Assembly (NCBI GenBank): GCA_002269645.1
Contig: NIVC01000767.1
Span: 1 to 64,000 of the forward strand
From: Macrostomum lignano
Lineage: Eukaryota
Length of the DNA stretch: 64,000 bases
Reading direction: 5' to 3'
Shown here: in pieces, positions 9,824-55,495 of the stretch
How positions within the stretch are numbered: the first letter of the stretch is position 1
Layout: each line of letters begins with the position of its first letter
Program-made: the position numbers and the translations under genes
The notes under the pieces: model-generated
What the model was told of the DNA's origin: nothing
Seen by the model: the letters and a program-made list of their open reading frames with translations, nothing else
The model's database searches: none

Positions 9824-12496
9824 ATGCCAGAAGGAAACATTTTACAAGTACTAGACTACTACAAAAATTATGCGCTAGAAGGAGATGAAATTCCATTAAA
9901 TAACTATCTTTTGAGTTCCCCAAAAGGATTTCCAACTTTGCGCAGCCTGGTTGACAGTCAGCTGCAAGCTGCCAAACCGAGTGCGGCGAGGGCCAACCAG
10001 CCACAGCCAACTCCGTGTAGCAGACGAAAAGAAGAGCTGTTTCAGATTCAGAAATTCACCGATATTGATCAGGCAGCAGAGTCGGTGCAACTGAACTGGC
10101 AGGACGACTGGGAGACGCTTTCTCAGAAATTGTTTCGGAATTCGACCGGCGATCTCGAAAAAGTGCGCTCTGCTTTTGTGTTTACCTGCAGAGACTGGAA
10201 CAACGGACTGCCAGCTCGCAACAAAGAGAGCTCAGCGTACACGCTTATTCGAGAGAGAAACTATGCAGAGATTTTTGAGAACTTGGTCAGGTAGGACTGC
10301 TCATTCTGAAGAGTTCAGGTTCAGTCATTCAGTTTGTTAAGGAAATTAATTTTTGTAGCAAATTGTGTGTAAAGATTGTTGAAGAAGAGCACGTGAAGCC
10401 TGTATGTACGATTTGATGCGAGAGTGCCTTGAAAGTGCTAAATTTTTATTTTAGAAAAGAGACTATCGCATTGGGAGTGAAACCTAGTAGATTAGCCTCT
10501 TAGCAGACCAGTGTCTTAGTTGATCAGTGTCTTAGTAGACCAGTGTCTTAGTAAACCAGTGTCTTAGTAGACCAGTGTCTTAGTAAACCAGTGTCTTAGT
10601 AGACCAGTGTCTTAGTAGACCAGTGTCTTAGTAAACCAGTGTCTTAGTAGACCAGTGTCTTAGTAAACCAGTGTCTTAGTAAACCAGTGTCTTAGTAGAC
10701 CTGTGTCTTAGTAAACCAGTGTCTTAGTAGACCAGTGTCTTAGTAAACCAGTGTCTTAGTAGACCAGTGTCTTAGTAGACCAGTGTCTTAGTAAACCAGT
10801 GTCTTAGTAGACCAGTGTCTTAGTAGACCAGCGTCTTAGTAAACCAGTGTCCTCGTAGACCAGCGTCTTAGTAAACCAGTGTCTTAGTAGACCAGTGTCT
10901 TAGTAGACCAGTGTCTTAGTAGACCAGTGTCTTAGTAGACCAGTGTCTTAGTAAACCAGTGTCTTAGTAAACCAGTGTCTTAGTAGACCAGTGTCTTAGT
11001 AAACCAGTGTCTTAGTAGACCAGTGTCTTAGTAAACCAGTGTCTCAGTAGACCAGTGTCTTAGTAAACCAGTGTCTTAGTAAACCAGTGTCTCAGTAGAC
11101 CAGCGTCTTAGTAAACCAGTGTCCTCGTAGACCAGTGTCTCAGTAAACCTGTGTCTTAGTTGATCAGTGTCTTAGTAGACCAGTGTCTTAGTAAACCAGT
11201 GTCTTAGTTGATCAGTGTCTTAGTAGACCAGTGTCTTAGTAAACCTGTGTCTTAGTTGATCAGTGTCTTAGTAGACCAGTGTCTTAGCAGACCATTGTCT
11301 TAGTAGACCAGTGTCTTAGCAGACCAGTGTCTTAGCGGACCAGTGCACTGAGAGTCTTGAGGCTCGATCGCACCTCCATAAAATGGAGTAAATTTTTGCG
11401 TGATCACGCAACTTGTACATATTCTTTAGTCCCTTTGTGCATCAGTGCTGCGACTTGACGGTTCATTTAGCGTAGCGGTGCACTAACCAAGAGTGACTTA
11501 GTGAGCCTTTTCCCATAGTAATGAAAGTATAGCAAACGCAGGAAAATATTTCAGAGCCGGAGGCGTACCAATAGAACGAATCGAAGGCTGGAAGAAGTCT
11601 GCAGACTCCAAAGTTGGCTTCCATGTCAGACGATCGGTAAATCCTTGGCACGCCTGCTTCGTGAGCGGAGAATGGCGACTGGTTGACGTCCACTGGGCTG
11701 CCTCGTCGGTATTCAGCAGCCGCACTGGCAGATACCGCGAGCTGGACAAAGATGGCGAGTTGTCCCAGACCCTGACAGCCAGTGAGACCCCTCAGATTGA
11801 GGAGAAGTTCGGCCGCAACGAGTTTTTCTTTCTAACTGATCCCGAGAAGCTGGTAATGAGCCACTACCCGGACGATAGGAGCTGGCAGCTGTTGAAGAAG
11901 CCGATCAAGTTCGAGCAGTTCGAGCAGATGCCGCACTATTTTGCCGGCTCTGAGCAGGCCATGCCGCACTGCTGGCAGGTGGAGCCGCTCAACTATCTGA
12001 AAAATGTCATTCTAGCTGAAGAGGAAGGCCGAGTTGAGATTCTTTTCAGGTAATTTATTTTAAAATTTTGGACGTGCAAACTTTTCAACAGCTCGTCGTA
12101 CACCCGTACAAAGTGCCGATTGGAATGGATATTGCAGAGTGCCTGACGCCGAGCTGCTTCGAGATTTAGAATTCGATGCCAAGGTCAGCATCGCCAGCAG
12201 GTGCTTGTCGAGTTCTGATGCGCCGGCATCCAACAGGTTGAAACATGGCAGAATCATTCGCTGCGACCGGCTTGGTCCTGCACCATCGGACATTGTCCGG
12301 GTTGTGTTTCGGTCACCTTGCGCTGGCAAGTTCGCTCTGACAGTTCGAATTAAAAAGAAGTATGGAGGCAGCGGCTGGGCTCGACTGGCCACCTACATTG
12401 TGCACTGTCCTGTGGTAGGTGTCCTGTGGTTTGTCTGCCTCAGTCTGTCTTTCCTTAGTCTAGGGAAAGCCATGTGTTTCTCTGTCATCAGCATTG

Positions 12497-12548
<52 letters not shown>

Positions 12549-14227
12549 TATTATTATTATTATTAAAAGTTTTTGATTATTAAATATTATTAAGAATTGA
12601 AACCAGCTGACGAAAAGTGAAGTTTCAAAAACCAGTCCTGGTCTATCGCGAGTTACACTTACACTTACTGTTAATCTATGAAAGCATATTGTTACTACAG
12701 GTGTCTAAAAAACCAGACTCAAAGTCATCTCAATCGCCAAATCCAGAACCAGACTCAGAGTGCGGACCAAAGCTCAAACACGCATCAGCACCAAATCGAG
12801 AGTGAAAACCAGAGTGAAAACCAGAGCCAAAACCGGAGTCACAACCAGTTTCAAAACCAGAGCCAAAGCCAGAGCCAAAACCGAAGCCAAAGCCAGAGCC
12901 AAAACCAGAGCCAAAACCGGAGTGCAAGCCCTTTGGGTCGAAAGGTTCCTATGGGAAATTTGACCAGAGATCAACTGGCTCAGCTGCGCAGCTACCCGAG
13001 GCCGCCAAAATGGGAATTCAAGGCGGTCAAAGCCACACTGCTCATGCTGGGCTTCTACGAGGGACGGAGCAACGTGAGTGGCAGGAACGGTGTTGTTTAG
13101 GGTGGCAACAATTTCAAGTATACGAAAGGTTAAAATATGGCTAATTTAAATTTCAGAAATGGGTCCGCTGTCAGCAGCTAATCTCTGCCATACCTCAGGC
13201 GGCCAACGATTTAATTATCGAATCCGTTCATCCGGAAATTGCTGCCAGATGCCTGCAACTCGTCCAGTCGAAATCTGGTACGCCAGCGGCCAAAGATAAC
13301 CCGGAAGAGAAAGCTTCGTATATCTTCAGGGAGTGGGTGAGTTTGCGATGCAATTGCGATGTGACTGAGGGTCAGGGCATGAGATAGGTGTCGGGAGGGG
13401 CAGAGGGGCAGCGTGTGAGGTGGGTGTCGGGAGGGGCAGGGGAGCACGTGGAGGTGGGTGTTGAGAGGGGCAGAGAGGCATGGCAGCGCGTGAGGTTTCG
13501 GGAGGGGCAGGGGGAGTGCGTGGAGGTGGGTGTCGGGAGGGGCAGGGGGCGCGTGGAGGTGGGTGTCGTGAGGGGCAGGGGGCGTGTGGAGGTGAGTGTC
13601 GGGAGGGGCAGGGGGCGTGTGGAGGTGAGTGTCGGGAGGGGCAGGGGGCGTGTGGAGGTGAGTGTCGGGAGGGGCAGGGGGCGTGTGGAGGTGAGTGTCG
13701 GGAGGGGCAGGGGCGCGTGGAGGTGAGTGTCGGGAGGGGCAGGGGGCGCGTTGAGGTGGGTGTCGGGAGTGGCAGGGGGGCGCGTGGAGATGGGTGGTCG
13801 AGAGGGGCAGGGGAGCGCGTGGAGGTGGGGTGTCGGGAGGGGCAGGAGGAGCGCGCAAGGTGTGGGTATCGGGAACGGGTCTTTAGTTTCAATTTATTCG
13901 CTGAAATAAAATTTCTGTCAGAACTTTATGTATGCAATCTAACATTAAATTCTCAAGGTTGAAAAGAACGCCAACGCAGTCAAGGAGGTGACGCCGCCCG
14001 GCGAGTTCAAAGCAGCTGACAAACAGCGGCAGGTGCAGCTGTTCGGCATCACACCCGAGGAGGAGGCCCATTGGGACTGGGAGGACAATATAAAAAAGTC
14101 TGAAGTGGCCCAGAAATTCATCTGCTTTTGCGACTATTGTCACGTTGCGATTTATAATAACGATTTAAAGATCCACCTGCACTGCAACGTGTCCAGAGCG
14201 AATGGCTTGCGCAAAAATGCGCTGTGA
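9824..14227 (+). CDS. KY/hillarin-like gene B: transglutaminase-like domain (triad degenerate), Ig-like repeat, Q/S/N-rich linker, dynein-MTBD-like domain
   Basis: Exons 9824-10290, 11555-12049, 12138-12414, 12701-13073, 13157-13336, 13958-14227. KY motifs DLEKVRSAFVF, GEWRLVDVHW, EFFFLTDPEKLVMSHYPDDRSWQLL. Phases are consistent except for one 1-nt shift needed in the A6 run at 12707-12712. Confidence 0.8.
10497..11345. repeat. Intronic minisatellite, 16-bp unit (AGACCAGTGTCTTAGT)
   Basis: Direct reading; lies in intron 1 of KY-like gene B. Confidence 0.95.
12497..12564. repeat. (ATC)n(ATT)n microsatellite
   Basis: Direct reading; explains the poly-Ile tail of ORF 12139-12576. Confidence 0.95.
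13380..13870. repeat. G-rich intronic minisatellite, about 33-bp unit
   Basis: GTGTCGGGAGGGGCAGGGGGCGTGTGGAGGTGA repeats starting shortly after donor 13337. Confidence 0.9.
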
Positions 14228-15470
14228 GACTAAATGGTGATTACAGTCTGAACATTTCGTAGAAACTGGGAACCTTTTGACTCGTTAACGTTTTACAAAT
14301 GGCAATGCTCGTATGTAAGACTGAGTTAATCTCTTGTGTTATGAAAATATTTTGCACTTCTAAAGTACTAAAGAGAAAGTAAATGCATGATAGCGGAGAC
14401 AGGAGAGTCAGGTTATGGGTGGGAGGAAATGCGAGAAAGGAATCTGAGAAATCGAGGAGAGGGAGAGCAGAGATGGAGAGAATAAATAGAGAAGAGATGA
14501 AGAGAAGAGAAAGAGAGAAGATGCGAGGAAGGTGGGCGTCGGCAACACTGCTTGTACCCCAGTTTCTGCTTTTTCATATCCAAATATTGCCGTTGTGAAC
14601 TCGCGTATTCTTGGTCGAATCAATTTGCTGCTGATATTTTCTTTATACATAAACTTTGATTTGCAGATTTGATATATTCATCATTTGTCAACAACATTAT
14701 TTATTAGCACATTGGACTTCGGAATCATTTTCGGCGAGTTTTTACAAAAGATTGGCGCTGCTTTTTTAATCTAGAAATAAATTAACGTTTTACAATAAAG
14801 CTGGCCATTTTACTCAAGAAGCGCCCGTTATTGCTTTTTTTTAAATAAATATTCAGAAAGGCTGACATGAGCAAAATACTTTTTGATTTTCTTTTTTTGA
14901 AGGGAGTGTGAACCTTCAATTGCGGTATCTACATGTATATGAAATTCTGCGGCTTGCCGTGATTAAGGCTCAGGGTTTAAATTGGGTTTCAAGTACATTG
15001 GCTTTCAGGATGCTAAACTAAACTTGGTTTTATAGAGCCGTATTTGTGTCAGTAGGGCACAGTTAGGCGTCCAGGAGGGCGCGTATTATCAGTTGTCAAG
15101 GGGTTCATTCAGATGTCTATCTGTGAATAAACCGGGTGTCACTGCATTGTACAATTTAACCTAATGAATCTATACGAACTGATGACCTCCCATAAATACG
15201 TCATAGAGAGGTTTGACCGGCATGAAATCCATACCATGTTCAATGAGCTGACTATCCATGAATTCTTGATCCCTTACCTTCATATATTCAATTTGCCATG
15301 GCGCAGTTTAAGTTGTTTGAAATTTGTTTTTTAAAATTCTATTTTTCTGGAAAATATTAAAGTAAATTTACATACTCGTAATTTTGTTTTTTCTTAAAAG
15401 GTTACTCAGTAACATTTTAAAGTGGTTTTCCTGGTTTCTAGAAAACTTATAAGTATAGGTAAAATTAAAC

Positions 15471-17314
15471 ATGCAGGGATTCCCCGAGCGATATTCAAGA
15501 TCGATATTCGGAAATAACAAAAATCTTTGCTTTTAAAGCACCAAACGCTATGATTTTTACAGAAAAAACATCACCCACGAGATAAACCGACTTGAAAAAA
15601 ATTACGGCTACAGATAGAAAGGATTTTTTACAATTTGCAAAAAACTGATGTTCCTATCTCCGCTATGCATTAGATTGATATTCGATTTCGAGTACTTCTG
15701 CTTGCTCTCTGTCGCTGAAAATTGACATGCAGGACTTCACCCAGACACTAAGCGATTATCATAACTCAAACCGAACTCAAAGCTTCATGCTCGAGAACTA
15801 TTCGAGAAAAACTGATGTTTCTACATGTAAATGTACATGTATCTCCACAGTGCATTAGATTGGGATAATAATTTTGTTCATTAATTGTGTGAATATATAG
15901 TAAGATGTTTGCATGCATGATGTACATATATTGGCTGATTTACAATAATTTTTTTAAATATTCTCTGCGAAATTCTCTGTTATTTTTACCTGGTAGCGAT
16001 TAACGTATCAGCTAGAAATGTTTACCTCTTCGACTCCTCTACCAGTAATATCCGCCAGCAGAATGTGTTGCCCAGAATTGTAGAAAACTGGAAGTAAGAA
16101 GCTTTTCCTTTCAACCTTTGACTTCAGATAAGACAATTATGAATATAAGGATACACATCCATGTAAGCTTTTCCGAACACCAATTGTAGTGCTTTTCTAC
16201 GTCTGGCACCAAAAGAAATCTACGAGTATTTTTCACTCAAAGAAAATACTCCTTTTCGCAGTGGCAGCGCTCCACACACTAAGCAAGACGATTCTTTTAG
16301 TTGTGGTGCCTTTGTCTGCTTGTATGCCAGAAGCATAATTCTTGGTAGGGAGCTACAATATCAGAAAGCAAGCAAAGAATTTCTTGAGAAAGTGCGTTGT
16401 TACATATAGAAAGTAATCAGTAACAACTCCGTCGATAGCAACCAAGGTTCTTGTGCCATTTGTCAAGCAGAAGAGCCGCCAAAAGCAGACGGTGCAGCAA
16501 CAATTGATTGGGTGGGTTGTAAAATTCTTGTACGTATAAATACCTCTGTGTCAAATATCCATGCACATGTACTCACTTTACCTTTACTTCTTGTACATGC
16601 ACTACGGTAGATCGAGTGCTCATCCTGTCTTGACTGGATCCACTGCATCTGTGCATCCACAACGCAAGAAGAGGAAAACTTCTGCTGCTCGACCTGCATC
16701 AATTTACTCAGCTGATCGATTACCATACAATTCAATGGCCTAACTTTGTGCAGCATTAAATATGCATGACTATTAGACTATAGTCTAATGATTTAATTAA
16801 ATGATAAGACTAAAGAGCTAATTGAGTTTCATCTAAATTATAATTTATTCAGTGCAAATAAACGCTTAGTGTCTGGCTGAAGTCCTGCATGTCAGTTTTC
16901 AGCGACAGAGAGCAAGCAGAAGTACTCGAAATCGAATATCAATCTAATACATTGTGGAGATAGGAACATCAGTTTTTCTCGAATAGTTCTCGAGCATGAA
17001 GCTTTGAGTTCGGTTTGAGTTATGATAATCGCTTAGTGTCTGGGTGAAGTCCTGCATGTCAATTTTCAGCGACAGAGAGCAAGCAGAAGTACTCGAAATC
17101 GAATATCAATCTAATACATTGCGGAGATAGGAACATCAGTTTTTTTGCAAATTGTAAAAAATCCTTTCTATCTGTAGCCGTAATTTTTTTCAAGTCGTTT
17201 TATCTCGTGGGTGATGTTTTTTCTGTAAAAATCATAGCGTTTGGTGCTTTAAAAGCAAAGATTTTTGTTATTTCCGAATATCGATCTTGAATATCGCTCG
17301 GGGAATCCCTGCAT
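15471..17314. mobile_element. Long-TIR foldback DNA element with 9-bp TSD (Mutator-like by structure)
   Basis: About 390-bp inverted termini ATGCAGGGATTCCCCGAGCG.../...CGCTCGGGGAATCCCTGCAT containing internal tandem subrepeats. AAATTAAAC at 15462-15470 and 17315-17323. The interior has only broken ORFs. Confidence 0.8.
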
Positions 17315-17758
17315 AAATTAAACACCTAACTTTTAACATTTAGGGCTCTGAGCTGAGACTAGCTGTTGACGAATCTTTTGGAAGAAATTGTTTTTATATT
17401 GATTTTTCTGCTCATTTTTAGACTTACATTACTCATACCAGACTGTAAGTATCTATACAGTCTTCAAATTCCTCCATTTGACATTGTGTCGTGTCATCTC
17501 CACTTCAGGATAGGCCTACTATACTGAGTGATAGTGTCAGTGATAGGCCTACTATACTGAGTGATAGTGTCAGTGATAGGCCTACTGGATAATTGTATAA
17601 CGTTTAAAAAACTTTTCATTAATCACAATAACAAGATATTCCTACGTTAATATTGTAAAACCATAAAATTAAATTAAGTTAGGCCTCCTTAGCTACTTTA
17701 TTTGTTGGTCTTAAGCCAGTTAAGTATTGAATCTAGTCCAGACTAGACAAATTTTATC

Positions 17759-28283
<10,525 letters not shown>

Positions 28284-29309
28284 GCTGAGCTGAGCTGAGC
28301 CAGCCATGCTTATTTACGAGAATCTATCTCTCAGATAAAGCCCAATTTAATCGCGTCCATCTGAAAAAAAAACATTTATTGCACCTGTCTGGGCTTTACG
28401 AGTAATATGTCCGCTCTCGTATTTTTTTATTACCGTTTTGCGCTCATTTTGTAGTACTCGCTGTAGCCAGTGCACGTGCATTAAGGTTTGGTTTTGCCTG
28501 TTTCTATTTAGCGTGCAATTTCTTAAATCATTGATATGTAATAACTGACACTAAGACTGGACATAGTCATCGTTTATTCACTGTTTTTTAGCTGGTCTAG
28601 CAAATTTAATTAGTATGTCGCTAATACTACTACTACTGTCGGCAGTTATCGACAGTAGTTCATTGCAAGCATATAGATATTCTTTATTTTTCAATCGTTT
28701 ATTCTTTAGCCAGCGTGTGCAATTAAAAATGATAACAACCAGAAGTAAAAAAATGATAAGTCTGTCAGCGATCTGTGATAACAGAAATTGGTGAAACGGA
28801 TGGATTGAATTGAAATTGAAATTTCATAAGGCTCTGTTTTAGGACGCGACTATTCGAGCCATTGTTTTTCTTAACTTTCATTCATTGAGGCCTATAGATA
28901 CTGCTTGGTAGTTTATGCATATAAATTATTATATTGTGTGAATATGATAAAATAATAATTTTTGTATTGCGAATCAGCAAGTGCTCAGCACTTCATCAAT
29001 CAATTTGTTGGACTTCTCAAACCCTACAATCCCAGATCTCTCAGTCGATCTCGGTTAATCTGTAATTACAGTTTTACATTTGTTGCTAATTTATTATTTT
29101 ATTACGAGTAAATTGTGCAGTTCACATTTTCAGCGCAAATTTGGGCAATTCTGAAAATATATTAAATAAAATTGCTTGCTAGAATGACTCGCATTCACCT
29201 GTGCGTTGGCTGTTTTGCCTCAGCCTCTTTGGGCGAATCTGTACCCGCATCTTGGCTAAGTAATTCGCCTTGCCTCTTTTGCAACAGACCTATGCTTGTG
29301 GGCGCCGCC

Positions 29310-29830
29310 GCTCCCACCCCACCTCCCCGATGTGAGTCTCCTCTGCGGGGCGCCGCTTCTCCACCACCCCACCTCCACGATGCCTCTGCGGGGCGCCGCT
29401 TCTCCACCACCCCACCTCCCCGATGTCTCTGCGGGGCGCCGCTTCTCCCCCACCCCACCTCCCCGATGTCTCTGCGGGGCGCCGCTTCTCCACCACCCCA
29501 CCTCCCCGATGCCTCTGCGGGGCGCCGCTTCTCCCCACCCCACCTCCCCGATGTCTCTGCGGGGCGCCGCTTCTTCCCCACCCCACCTCCCCGATGTCTC
29601 TGCAGGGCGCCGCTTCTTCCCCACCCACCTCCCCGATGTCTCTGCGGGGCGCCGCTTCTCCCCCACCCCACCTCCCCGATGTCTCTGCAGGGCGCCGCTT
29701 CTTCCCCACCCCACCTCCCCGATATCTCTGCAGGGCGCCGCTTCTCCCCCACCCCACCTCCCCGATATCTCTGCAGGGCGCCGCTTCTCCACCACCACAC
29801 CTCCCGATGCCTCTGCGGGGCGCCGCTTCT
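29310..29830. repeat. GC-rich minisatellite, about 41-42-bp unit
   Basis: CTCTGCGGGGCGCCGCTTCTCCCCACCCCACCTCCCCGATGT variants. Confidence 0.92.
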
Positions 29831-29949
29831 CCGCCTCCCATTGATCTTTGAAGTTTATGGAGTGCCCCCTCCAAGTGTCACTAAAGAAAATCAATGAAAG
29901 TCCGGTATTATAAAAATTCTCGCCCTGAATGCAACTGTGGGGATTATAG

Positions 29950-30800
29950 ATCTTCAGAGGACTGCTCTGTCTCCCGGGCAGCTTTGCATTGAGATGGCCG
30001 TTATTGGCGTTGTCCGTCTCCTCAGCTGGCTGTATTTTATTTGCATATAATCGACTTTCAGGGATTTAAAGCAATCCGCTGTGCCCACTGAGATGGGGGA
30101 GGGGGATTTCTACCGACTCGGCTCCTCCTCAGCTAGGGAGGAAGAGCTAGCGCTGCTCACAGTTTGAAAATCCCCTCTGCCGGATCGAATGCCCGCATTT
30201 GCATGATCTTGCCCCCCGCTGGCCATCGGCGCCTGCACATGATATCCCAACTTTCCTAGCAGTTCTTTATACCCCTTATAGACAATCGATTTCTCTTGGG
30301 TAGGGGAGATTGAGGCTGAGGGGGGATTTATCTGACTCTCCGGAAGGGATGCGGCAGTAGGGGATCTGCGGGAGCAAGTAAAGCCGTCGTCATCTTTGAC
30401 TGACAACCTGTCTGCTTCTTCCGATATGATCTGCATGGAATCCCGGAGCGAATGCTTTGATGAGAGGGGATAATTCAGCTTCTCTGATCCCAAGCCTCAT
30501 TCAGCTTGAAGATAAACAGGAACTGCGCCTTGGGCCCCGCCTCAATTTTCCCGGGAATAATCGGAGGCAAACCTCTCTTCCCCGTAATTTGATTGCCGCG
30601 CCAGGCGCCGCGCTCCCAAATCTCCCCACTGTTTCCCAGCGCAAGGACCCCTTCCCTACGGCTACTGATCGGGGCGACTTGGGACTGGCCTTTGCGTGAG
30701 GAACCAAACTGTTATGTATGACATGGAAAACAACAGACTCGGGGTGGGGGGGGGTAATGGGTGGGTCTAGGGCCTGTGTAACCTTCGCAGTCACGCATCG
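29950..30800 (-). mobile_element. Possible decayed non-LTR retrotransposon ORF1 (gag-knuckle-like) remnant
   Basis: Stop-riddled minus-strand reading with Cys/His spacing such as RSCKCGHSIRQRGFSNC. Weak similarity, recognised by eye only. Confidence 0.25.
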
Positions 30801-31959
30801 CGCTTATTTGGCTTGTGCGTGTGTCAAAATAAAAAAAACAGAGCCAGACTACAAGTCAGAGAGAGACTGATCGCTTTCACAAGCTAAGTTGTGAGCTAGC
30901 GGAACTGACTTTTCGACGATACGAGCGTATGAAATTGGCGCGTTTGAGCTTGTGAAACGCATCATAGCCAGATGCTAAAAATAGCACATAATCTCTAAAC
31001 TAAGTTGTCTATGATAGCGAGCGTTCACCTCTGAGAGTCTCGACTAGTCCAGCTTCACAAGACACCAGGGAAATAGACTAAGCGAACAGGGAAAATGTGG
31101 AAATGCTTGCTCCTTCAATTGCTTGCTCATTTTCATATTTTAGTCTCGCAATATGCTATAACTTGCTTCAACCCTTACTTACTTGCCCTTGCAAATCTTG
31201 AGAGCGGCAAAGAGAAACAGACCGGAGGCTGTTCATCATGAGCACGGTATTTCTTATAACTATAGATTATATTTCATTCTAGTATATAGGATTTTTATAA
31301 CGTCGCAAAGTTTTAAATGATTGCGGGAAATCGGCTGGGTAATAAATACGTCAGATGCGCGGGCGCAGCAGCGGGGGTGTGGGGTGTTGGCGTCTGTGAT
31401 TAACTATGCTGGCCATGGACCTCTGCATGCTCTGGACTGGGAGCGATTACCTCGCTGAAAAGTAGAAGAACCTCTGAGAAATTTGAAGAAGTCTCCAGTT
31501 GTGTGAGCGTGGGTCTGCTCCCAGTCCAGGTTTATTAGAAACTAGATTAAAATCAATTAGAAATAGCAATAAAAAAGCAAAGAAACATTATATGGTTGCA
31601 GGACTGCGAAATTATTAGGCAAAAGTTTCACTAGTATTCACTACAGTATTTATTTCTTTTTTGACATATCTGCAGAATGGTCCGTGTGGATGCACGTAAG
31701 GAGGTCACGACGCAAAAAATAAATCGCTTTATTTTCGGTGCACACAAGGCTTGTTTTAAGAGTATCATTTTGCTATAAGAATTGTAACACTTTTATAACG
31801 ATCTTTGTTTATGTACATCTAACGAGAATACGATTCAAAAAAGCCGCATTGAATTTCAGACTGTTATTATGGGTCATTTCGTGGCGCAGAATGTCATTTA
31901 AAGTTATTGAAAAAGTACTCAGCTTTCTCAATTTCAGGCATGTACATATTAGCACCTAC

Positions 31960-32645
31960 CCCTCTCCATTCTCTTCATTCTCCAGCACAAATCTCACTCC
32001 ATTTCCTTCCTCCCCAGCCCCACCACTCCATTTCCTTCCTCCCCAACCCCACCTCACTCCATTTCCTTCCTCCCCCAGCCCCACCTCACTCCGTTTCCTT
32101 TCTCCTCAGCACAAACCTCACCCGATTTCCTTCCTCCCCAGCCCCACCTCACTCCGTTTCCTTCCTCCTCAGCACAAACCTCACTCCATTTCCTTCCTCC
32201 CCAACCCCACCTCACTCCATTTCCTTCCTCCCCCAGCCCCACCTCACTCCGTTTCCTTCTTCCTCAGCACAAACCTCACTCCATTTTCTTCCTCTCCAGC
32301 CCCACCTCACTCCATTTCCTTCCTCCCTAGCACCCACCTCACTCCATTTCCTTCCTCCCCAACCCCACCTCACTCCATTTCCTTCCTCCCCCAGCCCCAC
32401 CTCACTACGTTTCCTTCTTCCTCAGCACAAACCTCACTCCATTTTCTTCCTCTCCAGCCCCACCTCACTCCATTTCCTTCCTCCCTAGCACCCACCTCAC
32501 TCCATTTCCTTCCTCCCCAACCCCACCTCACTCCATTTCCTTCCTCCCCCAGCCCCACCTCACTACGTTTCCTTCTTCCTCAGCACAAACCTCACTCCAT
32601 TTCCTTCCTCTCCAGCCCCACCTCACTCCGTTTCCTTCCTCCCCA
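31960..32645. repeat. CT-rich minisatellite, about 30-33-bp units with CACCTCACTCC core
   Basis: Direct reading. Confidence 0.92.
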
Positions 32646-32792
32646 GCGACCCTATTACAATCAGTAGCACTATGACCTCAACAGAAATATTTTGGGCACA
32701 AATAATCCATGAGAGTATATGGCAAAACAAAGATCATTTTGAGTTATTTTTCAGTAACAAGCAGCCGTTAAACACTTTATCATATCAGGTGG

Positions 32793-50123
<17,331 letters not shown>

Positions 50124-50350
50124 GGAGACTATATATACTCATAAATCGACGATTCACGCCTTGTACTATTCTTGAGAAGTTGCATATGCTCTTCGCTAGC
50201 CATTTTGGCATAAATAGGTGAAAAATATGATATCAAATTGGCCAATCGGCGTAACGGACCAATAGCAGCTGCATGATGATCAGCTCGTTTAAATCATCTG
50301 ATGGGCTACAACTGCTACTGTCAGCGAGCAGTAGTATAATGTGCACGCTG

Positions 50351-50560
50351 GGGTGCCGTAGCCCAGTGGTCTAGCGCGGCGCTCTGATGTGCCAGAGGCC
50401 CAGGCTCGATTCCAAGTGCAGTCACATTAATTTGGGGCTAAATTGGAATCTCGGCTTGGCTCTGCTCGTGCAATTAACGGCCTTGAGGGCCACCCCCCTC
50501 CCAAGGCACAGTGAAGTGTACATGCCTAACGATAGATAAAGTTAGGGCCGCTGTACGTGT
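50351..50560 (+). mobile_element. Second, 3'-truncated copy of the tRNA-derived SINE
   Basis: High identity to 43136-43340, with A and B boxes present. Confidence 0.8.
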
Positions 50561-51014
50561 GTGCGCAATTTATTTAGAAATTTAAGTACTTTTGATGCAC
50601 AAAACACTTTTGGTGTCAAAGAGCCAAAATTTGTACTTTTTGTAGAATCCACTGTCCAAGAAGGGCATGATTGACAGATAAATCAAGAGATTTTTCACGA
50701 TCGCTTTTGTTTTTATTTTGAACGCGAAGAAAATTGCTGTTCGATGGGAAACTCAAGGAATTTAATATAGTTAGTCCTGAATAAAAAGCGGCTATATAAA
50801 TGACAAACAGAATTAAGGGAATCGATTTAAATCAAGATTTCAGCTCGTAAAAGCTTAAAAGTTCGTAAACCAGAAAGATTTTAATAACTAAAAAATTTTG
50901 CTTATTAGACTTGAAAACTATAACAAGAGTTAATTATGAAAGAAGCGAATTTAAGACAGTTTTTCCAACATGAAGTTAGTTTTTAGGCGGCAAAACAGAC
51001 CGACAAACACTGGT

Positions 51015-55495
<4,481 letters not shown>

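Noticed and set aside
17505-17590. Short tandem repeat of about 30 bp upstream of Miro as a regulatory element
   Set aside because: Only about 2.5 copies, with no recognisable motif.
50124-51014. Glutaredoxin to CYLD-like operon with a trans-splice acceptor 5 nt before the ATG
   Set aside because: Same strand and only about 890 bp apart, with an AG at 50130-50129. However, CCAAT-like boxes near 50240-50265 suggest an independent promoter, and there is no direct evidence for spliced-leader addition.
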